From: Macrostomum hystrix
Taxonomy: Eukaryota; Animalia; Platyhelminthes
Assembly (NCBI GenBank): GCA_950097015.1
Contig: CATNEN010000037.1
Location: 2,542,001-2,606,000 of the forward strand
Direction of reading: 5' to 3'
DNA length: 64,000 bases
Part shown: in pieces, positions 1-13,158 of the stretch
Position numbering within the stretch: position 1 is the first letter of the stretch
Layout: the number at the start of each line of letters is the position of its first letter
Notes under the pieces: model-generated
Database searches by the model: none
Seen by the model: only the letters and a program-made list of their open reading frames with translations
Told to the model about the DNA's origin: nothing
Translations under genes and position numbers: made by a program

Positions 1-1190
1 GGTGATTTGTGAATGGGTCGCATTCGACTGGCTGTTTACACAGACATCTGTGTGAATGGGTCGCATTCGACTGGCTGTTTACATCAGACACCTGTGTGAA
101 TGGGTCGCATTAGACTGGCTGTTTACATCAGACACCTGTGTGAATGGGTCGCATTTGACTGGCTGTTTACATCAGACACCTGTGTGAATGGGTCGCATTC
201 GACTGGCTGTTTACATCAGACACCTGTGTGAATGGGTCGTATTCGACTGGCTGTTTACATCAGACACCTGTGTGAATGGGTCGCATTCGACTGGCTGTTT
301 ACATCAGACACCTGTGTGAATGGGTCGCATTCGACTGGCTGTGTACATCAGACACCTGGGTGAATGGGTCGTATTCGACTGGCTGTTTACATCAGACACC
401 TGTGTGAATGGGTCGCATTCGACTGGCTGTTTACATCAGACACCTGTGTGAATGGGTCGCATTCGACTGGCTGTTTACATCAGACACCTGTGTGAATGGG
501 TCGCATTCGACTGGCTGTTTACATCAGACACCTGTGTGAATGGGTCGCATTCGACTGGCTGTGTACATCAGACACCTGGGTGAATGGGTCGTATTCGACT
601 GGCTGTTTACATCAGACACCTGTGTGAATGGGTCGCATTCGACTGGCTGTTTACATCAGACACCTGTGTGAATGGGTCGCATTCGACTGGCTGTTTACAT
701 CAGACACCTGTGTGAATGGGTCGCATTCGACTGGCTGTTTACATCAGACACCTGTGTGAATGGGTCGCATTCGACTGGCTGTTTACATCAGACACCTGTG
801 TGATGCGGTATTTGAATGACTGTGTACATCAGACACCTGTGTGAATGGGTCGCATTCGACTGGCTGTTTACATCAGACACCTGTGTGAATGGGTCGCATT
901 CGACTGGCTGTTTACATCAGACACCTGTGTGAATGGGTCGCATTCGACTGGCTGTTTACATCAGACACCTGTGTGAATGGGTCGCATTCGACTGGCTGTT
1001 TACATCAGACACCTGTGTGATGCGGTATTTGAATGACTGTGTACATCAGACACCTGTGTGATGCGGGTATTTGAATGACTATGCAACATTAGACACCTGT
1101 CGAATGCGGCAATTCGACTGACTAAGCACATTAGACACGTGTCGAATGCGGCAATTAGACTGATTAAGCACATTTGACACCTGTGTGATG
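1..1190. repeat. Tandem array, 44-bp unit (cagacacctgtgtgaatgggtcgcattcgactggctgtttacat), about 25 copies, decaying toward 1190; the window starts inside it
   Basis: Unit recurs at 44-bp spacing (e.g. 129, 173); no unique spacers. Confidence 0.95.
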
Positions 1191-2434
1191 CAGATGTTTA
1201 ACCTGCACATTTATAAACACATTTGGGGATATTAGCATTTACTAGTAACTGCACATCGGGTATCTGTTATATGTTATAACTCGTATTAAGGTTTTGAATG
1301 CAAATAAGAAATTTGTTTGGAACTGATTGTTCATACATATCATACATAATGCGCTTTTTGGATTTATGGTACCGTTAAGGTCAGACTTTTAAACTGGAAA
1401 TTAATATACCAGTGGAATTCGTAAGCTTTGAAAAGCTCTGGCATATTTATTTTGCTAATTAGTAGCTTCCTTAGCAACAGAAACTTGCTCAAAATCTATG
1501 CGGGCTAGCCAATGGACCCAATATTGTGAGCTGAGAAGCTTCTTGCGATTGAGTTAACTTTTATTGCTGCATTGCATCTTGTGAGAAGCCGGCGATTCTA
1601 AGAAAAGCTAGCTCAGAGAATGAGTTGCTGGCTCCTCCAAGTCGTGGAATATTGATCCCTTGTCGCTGGGTCTAGGCGTGGGAACTGCGCTTTGCCATTT
1701 TCTCGCATTCACTTACTACTCTCGCTTATTTTTTAATTGAGCATGGGAACTGCATCCAAGCCTGCGGCTGACCATATTTGGTCAAAATTAGGTTTGCGTT
1801 CTGAGCGCAAATTAACTCCAAAATGAATCAGAGATGGAGATGTTGACACTGACGGTGTTTCAAGGTGTGCTACATAAAATGCAAATAGCTCGTACATTTT
1901 TAGTTTATAGCATCGAAAGACCATAAAATCTCGCCTACCATCTAATAGGTCGTACATCTGTGAACAATTTGTTCATTTTTTCTTGGGTAACAAAAGGAAC
2001 AACTCGCAGTGGTTAGCTAGCTGTCCTAGTTGACCGCAGCATCCGTGCCTATTGGAAAATTAAAGAAATGATGAGCTTATTGAGTAACTCCTACAAAAAA
2101 TGGACTCCCTTGCACATTGTTTCCTGTTTCTCAGGTACGAGTAATATTACATTTTCTTGCCCATTCGATACACACGAAATACGAGCTAGTTAGAATTTTC
2201 AGGGTTAACCTTTCCTTTTGAATTCGTTCGTTCTCATTCAATAGGGAATGGGTCACTCTCTCCACTTCATCGTTACCATGGCAACAAGCAGAACAGGCTT
2301 CGCCCGGCTTGGCTCTCATTGGCCAGCAACTGCATTGGAGTGAATGAGGGAAATCAAGGCGGCGGCAGTGGGGGTCGCGCCCCGCCCACCCGACTTTTTT
2401 CGGCTTTCAGTTCCCACGCCCCTGGCGCAGCGAA

Positions 2435-2440
2435 TATAAA
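2435..2440 (+). promoter_or_regulatory. Candidate TATA box of the intermediate filament gene
   Basis: TATAAA in a GC-rich context about 100 bp upstream of the ATG at 2542; TSS not known. Confidence 0.5.
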
Positions 2441-2541
2441 GGCCCGGCCTCTCCGCTGCCGACCAGTCGCCCTGTTTCAACCGAGCCTCAAATCGGTCCT
2501 TTCTGTTCTAAGTCGACAACGCAGTCCTAGCAGTCGCCGCA

Positions 2542-5500
2542 ATGTCTAGCAAGAGTACTGTGAAGACAACTCAGTACACGACTAAGACGTCGAGCAGTAG
2601 CGGCTCTCGTGGCCCGATTTCTGCGCCTAAAACGGTCAGTGCAGGGTATTTTCCGTTGCGCTATTGGTAGATTCGCGCCAAATCCCACAGGTCCATCCCG
2701 ATTCCCGTCCATCTCCAGGTGGTCATCAACCGAACCCTGCCCGGCTTCGGTATGGGCCGTGGCGGCGACTTTGTCGACTCCGTTAAGAGCGTCCGGGTGA
2801 CGCGCAGCTTCGCCTCGGCTGCGGGCGTCCACCAGACCGCTGCCGATGTGAACAACATGCTCAACGGACGCGAGAAGGAGAAGCGCGACATGCAGGAGCT
2901 CAACGAGAGGCTGGCCAGCTACATCGAAAAAGTGAGTTGTATACCCTTGCCAAAGCTGCGTTCTGCAGTGAGCCTGTTGTTGAAACCTGATCCCCGGTAT
3001 CGCTCGGTTGCTAGGTCCGCTTCCTGGAGGCGCAGAACAAGAAGCTCTCCAACGAGCTGCAGCAGCTCAAGGACCGCTGGGGCAAGGAGACGGAGCGGGT
3101 GAAGGTCACTTACGAGACCGAGCTGAACCAGCTGCGGAAACTGCTGGGCGACTCGGACAAGTACAAGGCCGACTCCGAGGTGCGCATCTCTTCTCTGGAG
3201 GACCAGCTCAATGAGCTGCAGGTTCTGTGAGTGCAAAAATATTCAAGGCTGAACAATTCCAGCAGACGAACTGCAATTGTCTTATACTGACAGTTTTAAC
3301 TAAACATTTTTTCTTCGCCAGTCTGGACGAGGCCAACAGGCAGCACCAGGTCGACCATGACACCATCGACAAGCTCAATCAGCAGCTAGCCGACTACGAC
3401 GGCGAGATTTCGCTGCTGCGTCGTCGGGTTGCCACCTTCGACGATGAGCGCACTCGCGACCAGAAGGAGCTCAAGCGGCTGCGAGACGAAGTCAACAGGC
3501 TGCGCGTGGTGAGTTTCAGCGGGCGCTCGCAGTGACTCTTAGATAATGCTGATATCTTCATAATACAAATAGGCTGCAGGCACTAAATTCCTTATTGCTT
3601 CAGTTCACTCAGCTGTAAAATGAGTGCCTGTATTTTAACAATAGAAAGACAATAGCATGTATTAACAATAGCATGTGTTAACAATAGCATGTGTTAACAA
3701 TAGCATTTGTTAACAATAGCATGTATTAACAATAGCATGTATTAACAATAGCATGTATTAACAATAGCATGTATTAACAATAGCATGTATTAACAATAGC
3801 ATGTGTCAACAATAGCATGTATTAACAATAGCATGTATTAACAATAGCATGTATTATTAACAATAGCATGTATTAACAATAGCATGTATTAACAATAGCA
3901 TGTATTAACAATAGCATGTATTAACAATAGCATGTATTATTAACAATAGCATGTATTAACAATAGCATGTATTAACAATAGCATGTATTAACAATAGCAT
4001 GTATTAACAATAGCATGTATTAACAATAGCATGCATTAACAATAGCATGTGTTAACAATAGCATGTATTAACAATAGCATGTATTAACAATAGCATGTAT
4101 TAACAATAGCATGTATTAACAATAGCATGTATTAACAATAGCATGTATTATTAACAATAGCATGTATTAACAATAGCATGTATTAACAATAGCATGTATT
4201 AACAATAGCATGTATTAACAATAGCATGTATTAACAATAGCATGTGTCAACAATAGCATGTATTAACAATAGCATGTATTAACAATAGCATGTATTATTA
4301 ACAATAGCATGTATTAACAATAGCATGTATTAACAATAGCATGTATTAACAATAGCATGTATTAACAATAGCATGTATTATTAACAATAGCATGTATTAA
4401 CAATAGCATGTATTAACAATAGCATGTATTAACAATAGCATGTATTAACAATAGCATGTATTAACAATAGCATGCATTAACAATAGCATGTGTTAACAAT
4501 AGCATGTATTAACAATAGCATGTATTAACAATAGCATGTATTAACAATAGCATGTATTAACAATAGCATGTATTAACAATAGCATGTATTATTAACAATA
4601 GCATGTATTAACAATAGCATGTATTAACAATAGCATGTATTAACAATAGCATGTATTAACAATAGCATGTATTAACAATAGCATGTATTAACAATAGCAT
4701 GTATTAACAATAGCATGTGTTAACAATAGCATGTATTAACAATAGCATGTATTAACAATAGCATGTATTATTAACAATAGCATGTATTAACAATAGCATG
4801 TATTAACAATAGCATGTATTAACAATAGCATGTATTAACAATAGCATGTATTAACAATAGCATGTATTAACAATAACATGCATTAACAATAGCATGTGTT
4901 AACAATAGCATGTATTAACAATAGCATGTATTAACAATAGCATGTGCTAACAATAGCATGTATTATCAATAGCATGTATTAACAATAGCATGTATTATTA
5001 ACAATAGCATGTATTAACAATAGCATGTATTAACAATAGCATGTATTAACAATAGCATGTATTAACAATAGCATGTATTAACAATAGCATGTATTAACAA
5101 TAGCATGTATTAACAATAGCATGTATTAACAATAGCATGTATTAACAATAGCATGTATTAACAATAGCATGTATTAACAATAGCATGTATTAACAATAGC
5201 ATGTATTAACAATAGCATGTATTAACAATAGCATGTATTAACAATAGCATGTGTTAACAATACTTGCATTTTTATTTTTTCTGTCTGTCCTAAAAATTCA
5301 ACCAATCGTTATAAATAATCCAGACAAGCAATTGCTTATATTAATAACTATTTATTTTTCAGGACCTGGATACTGAGACGCTGAACCACATCAACGCTGA
5401 GAACGACGCCCAGTCGTTGCGTGAGCAGCTGGAGTTCATGAAGCAGATCCACGAGTCGGTGAGCGCCTTTGTTTGCGTTATCAACTTTTTAGTTTTCTAG

Positions 5501-7955
5501 AAATGCTTTTAGCAGACGCAGCGGGGACAGAGAAACTCTCGCGTGCATTTCTTTAGGAGCTGAAGGAGCTCGCTGCCCTGGCCTACCGGGACACCACCAG
5601 CGAGAACCGCGAATATTGGAAGAACGAAATGGCCCAGGCGCTGCACGAAATCCAGCGGGTCTACGACGACAAGATGGACGCCATGCGGTCGGAGATCGAG
5701 TCCCACTACAGCATGAAGGTGCAGGAGGCCCGGACCAACAACACCAAGGACAACATGGAGCTCGCCCACCTGCGCGAGGAGAACACTCGTATCAAGGGCC
5801 AGATGACTGACGCGCGCAACAGCATCCCAGTGCTTGAGGCTCGCATTGTCCAGCTGGAGAATCAGCTGGCTGAGCTGCGCCGCGACAAGGAGGAGGCGGA
5901 GCGCGACTGCGAGATGGAGAAGGGCCGCCTCCGCTCCGACTTGGCCGGCACCCAGGCCACCCTGGAGGGCTACGTCAAGGAGCTGCAGACGCTGATGAAT
6001 GCCAAGTTGAGTCTCGAGCTGGAGATCGCCGCCTACAGGAAGCTGCTGGAGGGAGAGGAGAGCAGGTAGGCCATTGCCTAGGCGAAAACCTAGAATCTCA
6101 CTCTAACACTGGTTGCACTTCTATCTAGATATTTTACTTAACAGTTGAAGATAAATTCTCATTTAAATTGAACTCAATAACCATTTTATAAAAAAATATG
6201 CCATCAACCCAACAGCTGACATACCTATCCTAGCAGGTGAAATCCCTATCCTAACAGGTGAAATCCCTATCCTAACAGGTGAAATCCTTATCCTAACAGA
6301 TGAAATCCTTATCCTAGCAGGTGAAATCCCTATCCTAACAGGTGAAATCCTTATCCTAACAGGTGAAATCCTTATCCTAAAAGTGTAAACTCTTTATCTA
6401 ACAAGTATTGCCCAGTCTAACAGGTGACAACTCTATTGTACACCTGCAGACTGACCCAGCAGAATCGCACCAGCGATTTGCTATCGAAGAAGTCTTCAAC
6501 CGTTGAGACTCGCTCATACGCTGTCGAGCAGCAGGCGGTGCATCAGGGACAGAGTGAGTAATGAGCTTTGCCTATGCAGTTTAGGAAATAATTTTATTCC
6601 GTTACATTTTTGCATAAAGTTATCAAATTTGTCTGTCTGAGCCAATGTGATGGTGCATCTCTGCACCGCCACCCCGTCACTGCAGTGAGCCAGATCAAGG
6701 GCGAGATGTCCGCCAAGACCACCTACCAGCGCACCGCCAAGGGCAACATTAGCATCCAGGAGTGCTCGGCTGATGGAAAATTCATCCTACTTGAGAACAC
6801 CGGGAAGAAGGCATGTCCATGAAGCAATATGAAACAATATAAAAAAATTGAAAGCAGTCATAACAGTTTAGTGTCTGAACCCATTGCAGAAGGAGGACAT
6901 CAGCGGCTGGAGACTGTTGCGCAACATTGACAACGGCCGTCAGGTCATCAAGTTCACCGTGCCCAGCGGCGTCGTCTTGGGCGATGGGCCGAATAAGAAT
7001 ATCAAGGTGCGTCTGCATGCCATCACTCTCAGCTCCCTTCATCTCACTCTCAGCTCCCTTCATCTCACTCTCAGCTCCCATCATCTCACTCTCAGCTCCC
7101 ATCATCTCAAATTCAGCTCCCATCATCTCACTCTCAGCTCCCATCATCTCAAATTCAGCTCCCATCATCTCACTCTCAGCTCCCATCATCTCACTCTCAG
7201 CTCCCATCATCTCACTCTCAGCTCCCATCATCTCACATTCAGCTCCCATCATCTCACTCTCAGCTCCCACCATCTCACTCTCAGCTCCCATCATCTCACA
7301 TTCACCTCCCATCATCTCACATTCACCTCCCATCATCTCACATTCACCTCCCATCATCTCACATTCACCTCCCATCATCTCACATTCACCTCCCATCATC
7401 TCACATTCACCTCCCATCATCTCACATTCACCTCCCATCATCTCACATTCACCTCCCATCATCTCACATTCACCTCCCATCATCTCACATTCCGCTCCCC
7501 AAGCTCAGTGCGTAGAGTGTGTTCTCACACCCGCAGATCTGGGCTCGCGGCCTGAAACCGCCTGGATCTGACGATCTGGAGGCCACCGAGTCAAGCTGGG
7601 GCGTCGGCGCCAACATCAGCACCTCGCTGTACAACACGGAGGGAGAGGTTAGTAGGCTCCGAGTTGGCCCTTAATTCATTTAAACACTCAGAGAAACACT
7701 TGGTTCTCCATTTCTTCAATTCACACAGCTTTAAGATGGGTACCAGCATTAGCTGGGGTAAAAAATCGGTTTATCTGTGGCGGTCCCCAGTCCATGGACT
7801 GAACAGGTGTACGCAGCATGTGGATTACTGGGCTAAATCTGGCAAAAACTTATTTCAGCTGTCTTTTCTATCTGTCAATATAAAGTTTCCAATAATTTCT
7901 CTCATTCCAGGAGAGAGCCACTCACAACCAGAAGACTGTGTACTCGTCCAACTAA
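2542..7955 (+). CDS. Cytoplasmic intermediate filament protein, protostome type with lamin-tail domain (~603 aa, 11 exons)
   Basis: Exons 2542-2634, 2719-2931, 3015-3226, 3322-3508, 5363-5458, 5557-6065, 6450-6553, 6686-6810, 6890-7006, 7537-7647, 7911-7955 sum to 1812 nt in frame. Coil 1a motif LNERLASYIEKVRFLEAQN, rod end LELEIAAYRKLLEGEE, lamin-tail-like ENTGKKKEDISGWRLLR...IWARG...SWGVG. C-terminus TVYSSN has no CaaX. Confidence 0.93.
3652..5261. repeat. Intronic minisatellite, 16-bp unit gcatgtattaacaata, about 100 copies
   Basis: Direct reading; lies in IF intron 4 (3509-5362). Confidence 0.95.
6226..6430. repeat. Intronic tandem repeat, ~21-bp unit atcctaacaggtgaaatccct
   Basis: About 7 copies plus degenerate ones in IF intron 6. 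Confidence 0.85.
7021..7492. repeat. Intronic minisatellite, 21-bp unit cccatcatctcactctcagct / cccatcatctcacattcacct
   Basis: In IF intron 9; source of spurious ORFs 6782-7483 and 6927-7571 and of the repetitive tail of ORF 6884-7555. Confidence 0.95.
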
Positions 7956-8604
7956 AAGAAGAAGAACTTTTAAATTTGTGATAATCACAGCTGATTTTGA
8001 ATCTATTCACTCTTTACATTACAAACAATGCCACAGACACGGCACACAACTGAAATTAATCTTTAGTAAACAATTTTTTGTTTAGGAAGTAAGAAAATTT
8101 CTTTTCTGATCTAAAAATCCTCACATACTACTCACTTGCTGCCTTATTTCACTTTATTTTACTTGTAACATTAGTCTCTAGCTTTTAATCATCTATCAGA
8201 TGCTTAATCAATTTCTAATATTCCCTTTTCTAGTTTTTTTGTTTGACACAAAACGGAAGACAGACAGAATGTTTTCTGTCTGTCTGTAAGCAGTCTGTCA
8301 TGCCTGATGGTTAGTTTGGGGAGATCGAATGTTTATTATTATTATTATTGTATGACAGACTTCCTCTCCGAAAAAATATTTTAGAAAAAAAAGTTAGATT
8401 CGCAACAACACTAGCCCGCAGCAATCAATTAACTTCCTGTATTCATGTAACCTAACACATGCTTATTCAACTACTTAAAAGTACTGAGCTAAGCGTTTGC
8501 TGACTAGTTAAAACACAACTGCTACTGTCATCATTTTGGACTGAATACATTTGAGACATCTTTGTTTTACGTTCCACTTATTTTAATTCAGATTTTAACC
8601 AAAA

Positions 8605-9530
8605 CTCTCTCTACCTCACTCTACACTCTCTGTACCTCACTCTCCACTCTCTGTAACTCACTCTCCACTCTCTGTACCTCACTCTACACTCTCTGTACCT
8701 CACTCTCCACTCTCTGTACCTCACTCTACACTCTCTGTACCTCACTCTCCACTCTCTCTACCTCACTCTACACTCTCTGTACCTCACTCTACACTCTCTG
8801 TACCTCACTCTACACTCTCTGTACCTCACTCTACACTCTCTGTACCTCACTCTACACTCTCTGTACCTCACTCTCCACTCTCTCTACCTCACTCTCAACT
8901 CTCTGTACCTCACTCTCCACTCTCTGTACCTCACTCTACACTCTCTCTACCTCACTCTACACTCTCTGTACCTCACTCTACACTCTCTGTACCTCACTCT
9001 ACACTCTCTGTACCTCACTCTCCACTCTCTCTACCTCACTCTACACTCTCTGTACCTCACTCTACACTCTCTGTACCTCACTCTACACTCTCTGTACCTC
9101 ACTCTCCACTCTCTCTACCTCACTCTCCACTCTCTGTACCTCACTCTCAACTCTCTGTACCTCACTCTCCACTCTCTGTATCTCACTCTCCACTCTCTAC
9201 CTCACTCTCCACTCTCTGTATCTCACTCTCCACTCTCTGTACCTCACTCTCCACTCTCTCTACCTCACTCTACACTCTCTGTACCTCACTCTCCACTCTC
9301 TGTACCTCACTCTCCACTCTCTGTACCTCACTCTCCACTCTCTGTACCTCACTCTCCACTCTCTGTACCTCACACTCCACTCTCTGTACCTCACTCTCCA
9401 CTCTCTGTATCTCACTCTCCACTCTCTGTATCTCACTCTCCACTCTCTACCTCACTCTCCACTCTCTGTATCTCACTCTCCACTCTCTCTACCTCACTCT
9501 CCACTCTCTCTACCTCACTCTGCGCTCCCC
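8605..9530. repeat. Pyrimidine-rich minisatellite, 21-bp unit ctctgtacctcactctacact
   Basis: Direct reading; source of ORF 8562-9563. Confidence 0.95.
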
Positions 9531-10510
9531 TGCCTCACTCAGTCATGCTGTCAGTCACATTAGGTTTCTTGCATTTTCTTTATCTGTACTAAAAATACAG
9601 AATACACTAAATTATAATAATCTGTCCAGCCTCTAAAAGCAAAGCAGGTGTGCCTCATTCATTCGGGCATAAGAAAGAATGAAGAATTAGCTGCTTCTGC
9701 GTCACCGCTTTCAATTGCAGTTCTGTAGTGGCTAGCTTGCAACAGCTAAATAGAGGGCAATCTACTGTCTTATAATTTAAGTCGAGACTTAAATTGCCAC
9801 TTGTCCCAGAGACCTTTCGCTGTATTTCTAGACAGCTCGGGGCTGTGGGGCTGCTGACGACAGGAAACTATTGTACAGCAATTTCTAATTCTCTATTTTT
9901 ATTTTACTTTGCTTTTTCACTATTTAAGGAATATAAAATTATTTCTATTTCTCTCTCTCTGTCTCTCTTTCGTGAGTATTGTGAGTCTATTGTGAGTATT
10001 CTATTGTATTTGAATTCGCGTGCCATGAAAGCACGCGCGAGCGAAAACGGCAACCACCTTGAGGGAGCATGAGGCGGGGCCTGCGAAACACTGCGACATT
10101 TACCATCTACTCATATTCCTATATATTTAGTTTAGTTCACAGTAGACTTCTGTTCTGTTTCTGTGGAAAATATTCTGACTAAACAGGTAATTAAAGAAAT
10201 ATAATTTATAAATTTATTATTTAGCCACAGCCTCTCCCAGATGCAAATAACATTTAGGCTAAAAATGCTTCGTGACTACGAGTACGAACAAACACTTAGT
10301 AGTCACCTTGAGACTTAAAAATAATAGTAATATAACCCTACTTGAACACACAGACTAAGTCTGTGCTACCTGTGCCTAATTTGGTACTGTAGCCGCTGCA
10401 ACACAATTAATTTGCATATCATTTCATTTCCTTCTCAGCGAACATGCTTAATTTAGGACTTGCTAATGGCTTATTCCAATTCTGTAAGTAACTGTACTTT
10501 AGTCTATGGG

Positions 10511-11087
10511 TTGATTCCACTAGTCGTTCAGTGGATGCTCAACAGATTCCACTGGTCCTTCAGTGAATGCATCGACGGATTCCACTGGTCCGTCAGCGAA
10601 TGCATCGATGGATTCCCACTGGTCCGTCAGCGAATGCATCGATGGATTCCACTGGTCTTTCAGTGGATGCATCAACCGATTCCACTGGTCTTTCAGTGGA
10701 TGCATCAACCGATTCCACTGGTCCGTCAGCGAATGCATCGACGGATTCCACTGGTCCTTCAGTGGATGCATCGACGGATTCCACTGGTCCTTCAGCGAAT
10801 GCATCGATGGATTCCACTGGTCCTTCAGTGGATGCATCGACGGATTCCACTGGTCCTTCAGCGAATGCATCGATGGATTCCACTGGTCCTTCAGTGAATG
10901 CATCGGCGGATTCCACTGGTCCTTCAGTGGATGCATCGGCGGATTCCACTGGTCCTTCAGTGGATGCATCGACGGATTCCACTGGTCCTTCAGTGGATGC
11001 ATCAACCGATTCCACTGGTCCTTCAGTGGATGCATCAACCGATTCCACTGGTCCTTCAGTGGATGCATCAACCGATTCCACTGGTCT
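10511..11087. repeat. Minisatellite, 33-bp unit gacggattccactggtccttcagtggatgcatc
   Basis: About 17 copies; 11-aa periodic ORFs in several frames. Confidence 0.95.
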
Positions 11088-13158
11088 TTAAGAGGTCCTT
11101 AACTGTAATACTATTTATTGAAGACACCCAGGTTAAATATAAGGTCAAGTGAAATATATTTACTCGAGTACTGAAGTTTTTTGGTACAATTTTTAAAAGC
11201 ACTGGAAGGCATCATACTATTGTCAAATGCAACTATTACCGCCTCAAGCTTATCAAAACACCCAAGAAAATTCAGTCGACAAATAAGCTAAAAACTGTCA
11301 AACAATAGACCGCGCCTGCTTTAACAAAAACCTGTGTGCTCGTGCTTGCTTGACCCCCTATCTTTCTATCTCACATTGCTTCATATACACTCGTACGAGC
11401 TACATTCCATAGAAGTCATTCGGTTGCTGTTTAGGTTTCTCAGCCTGCCCACAAAATGACCTGATGAGGCATGCAGTGCAGTTTCTATAGTTAGACCAGA
11501 CAAGCGGCTCAATTCAATTCCATTTTGTATTCTTTCATGGCCACAGTGTCTCTCAAGAGCTCCGCACGTGAGGCGCGGCCTTACTTCTTTAGAAAATCTT
11601 TTTATCTATCTTTGAGCCCATTTGAGTCTTAGAGATGGCCTGAAGCGGTGACGCCCTTCTCTAAATGACAGCTGAAGCCTTGCAACATAATTTCGGAGCC
11701 TCGACATAAGACCTGTCCTCCTAGTATCATCGAAAAGCAGTACTGTGTCAGAGTGGAGCATTGTATGGAATTCAGACTGGCAGCCTGTCGCATTGCTAGC
11801 GGCGGCAAAAGTGTCCCATATTTGGTGTAAACAGTTGCTATATACATTGCCTTTGTTTCAGGTTATTTTTCTGCGACAATTTGTAGTTATACTATCAGAA
11901 CTTAGTGACTAAAAAGATAAAATCAAGAAAAGAAAAGAAACCGCTACAGTTAAGGATGAAGGGGGAAACCTTTACCTCAGAGTCATTAACAGAGGCACCT
12001 GATCACGCACAGGTACGCGACACTGCGGACTGGCCGCACTTTTCCTTTTAAAATCCGAGGGTGGCACCTTTCGCTGAGCTAGAGGTACGTTTTTTACACC
12101 CCACTACTCGTACTTCAAAATTGTTGTTTCCCGCCAATCGAAGCTCACATTAAATTATCTTGCATCATCTTCTGTTAGGGAGGTTTCTTCTTATCTTGTC
12201 CTTAATTTAATGTACGAGTAAGTAGAATGGCAATAGCACGGTTTCCTTATTCAACTCGCTTCAGACCACAAGTCATTTAACTGACACGGTTCTGGACACA
12301 CAAGTTCGCAACATGCTTAATTTAGGACTTGCTAATGACTAAGTACAATTTTGTAAGCAACTGTACTTTAGTCTATGGGTTGATTCCACTGGTCCTTCAG
12401 TCGATGCATCATTTACTGGACTGCTAAGTGGCTTTTCCGCACTGACTACAGCTGCTGTCAAAGTGCAACAGAAAGCCAAATTTGAGTGACGCCCAGAAAT
12501 GAGCTGCCCCCACCAGCGATTGTGAGCGCGTGCGCGCCGCCGATAGTGACTCATAATGCGACGGGGAGAACACTTGGGGCACTCTGTGACAATGAGACGC
12601 GTGGAAATACTGCGGGAGCGCTGGCATTAAGCAATACTGCCGCTACATAAGCTCTTCAGACGCGCCCCAACTGTGCTACTGGCATACCCAATAGCTTAGT
12701 TAAGCTGAAGCTCTGAGTTAAGCGCGCTGCAGCCGCCGCGGGAACCTCCGAAGCCACCCCCACTCCGCCAGTCCTTTGCGCCACCAGGGTTATAAGCCTT
12801 CTCTGGTCTTACTCTCTCCCTCCCCTCACCTAAACAACAATTACAGCCAGTCTGATCCACCAATCTAGCCCTCCCTTCGTCCCACCACCCCTCTCTTCTC
12901 TGTTGTAAAGCCCGGAGAAACACCAATTTGAAAAGTGGCGCTCGGGTCAGACGCAAGCCGAAAACTTGCTGCACTAGCATTGCCTTAGCTATAACTGCGA
13001 CTGCGAATCTGTTTACTGGCATCTTGTCTTTCACCTGTCTCCATTGGTCACAGCCTGCACTAACTGGCTAGCGAACGCAGCAAAAATCAATAAATATTCA
13101 ACCTCCCAGATCTCATCCGAGAAAGAAGCGAACTAGCGACGACACATTGTGCCGCACG

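Noticed and set aside
1-1190. CRISPR-like appearance of the 44-bp partly palindromic repeat
   Set aside because: Units are contiguous with no unique spacers, there are no cas genes, and the context is eukaryotic
6782-11102. Long periodic ORFs (MMGGECE, SSHHLT, LYTLCTS, DSTGPS, FHWSFS)
   Set aside because: Translations of 21- and 33-bp minisatellites open in several frames and on both strands; one lies inside an IF intron
11461-11500. CTGATGA as a possible hammerhead ribozyme core
   Set aside because: No GAAA after a stem II and no closing stems; the same holds at about 25592
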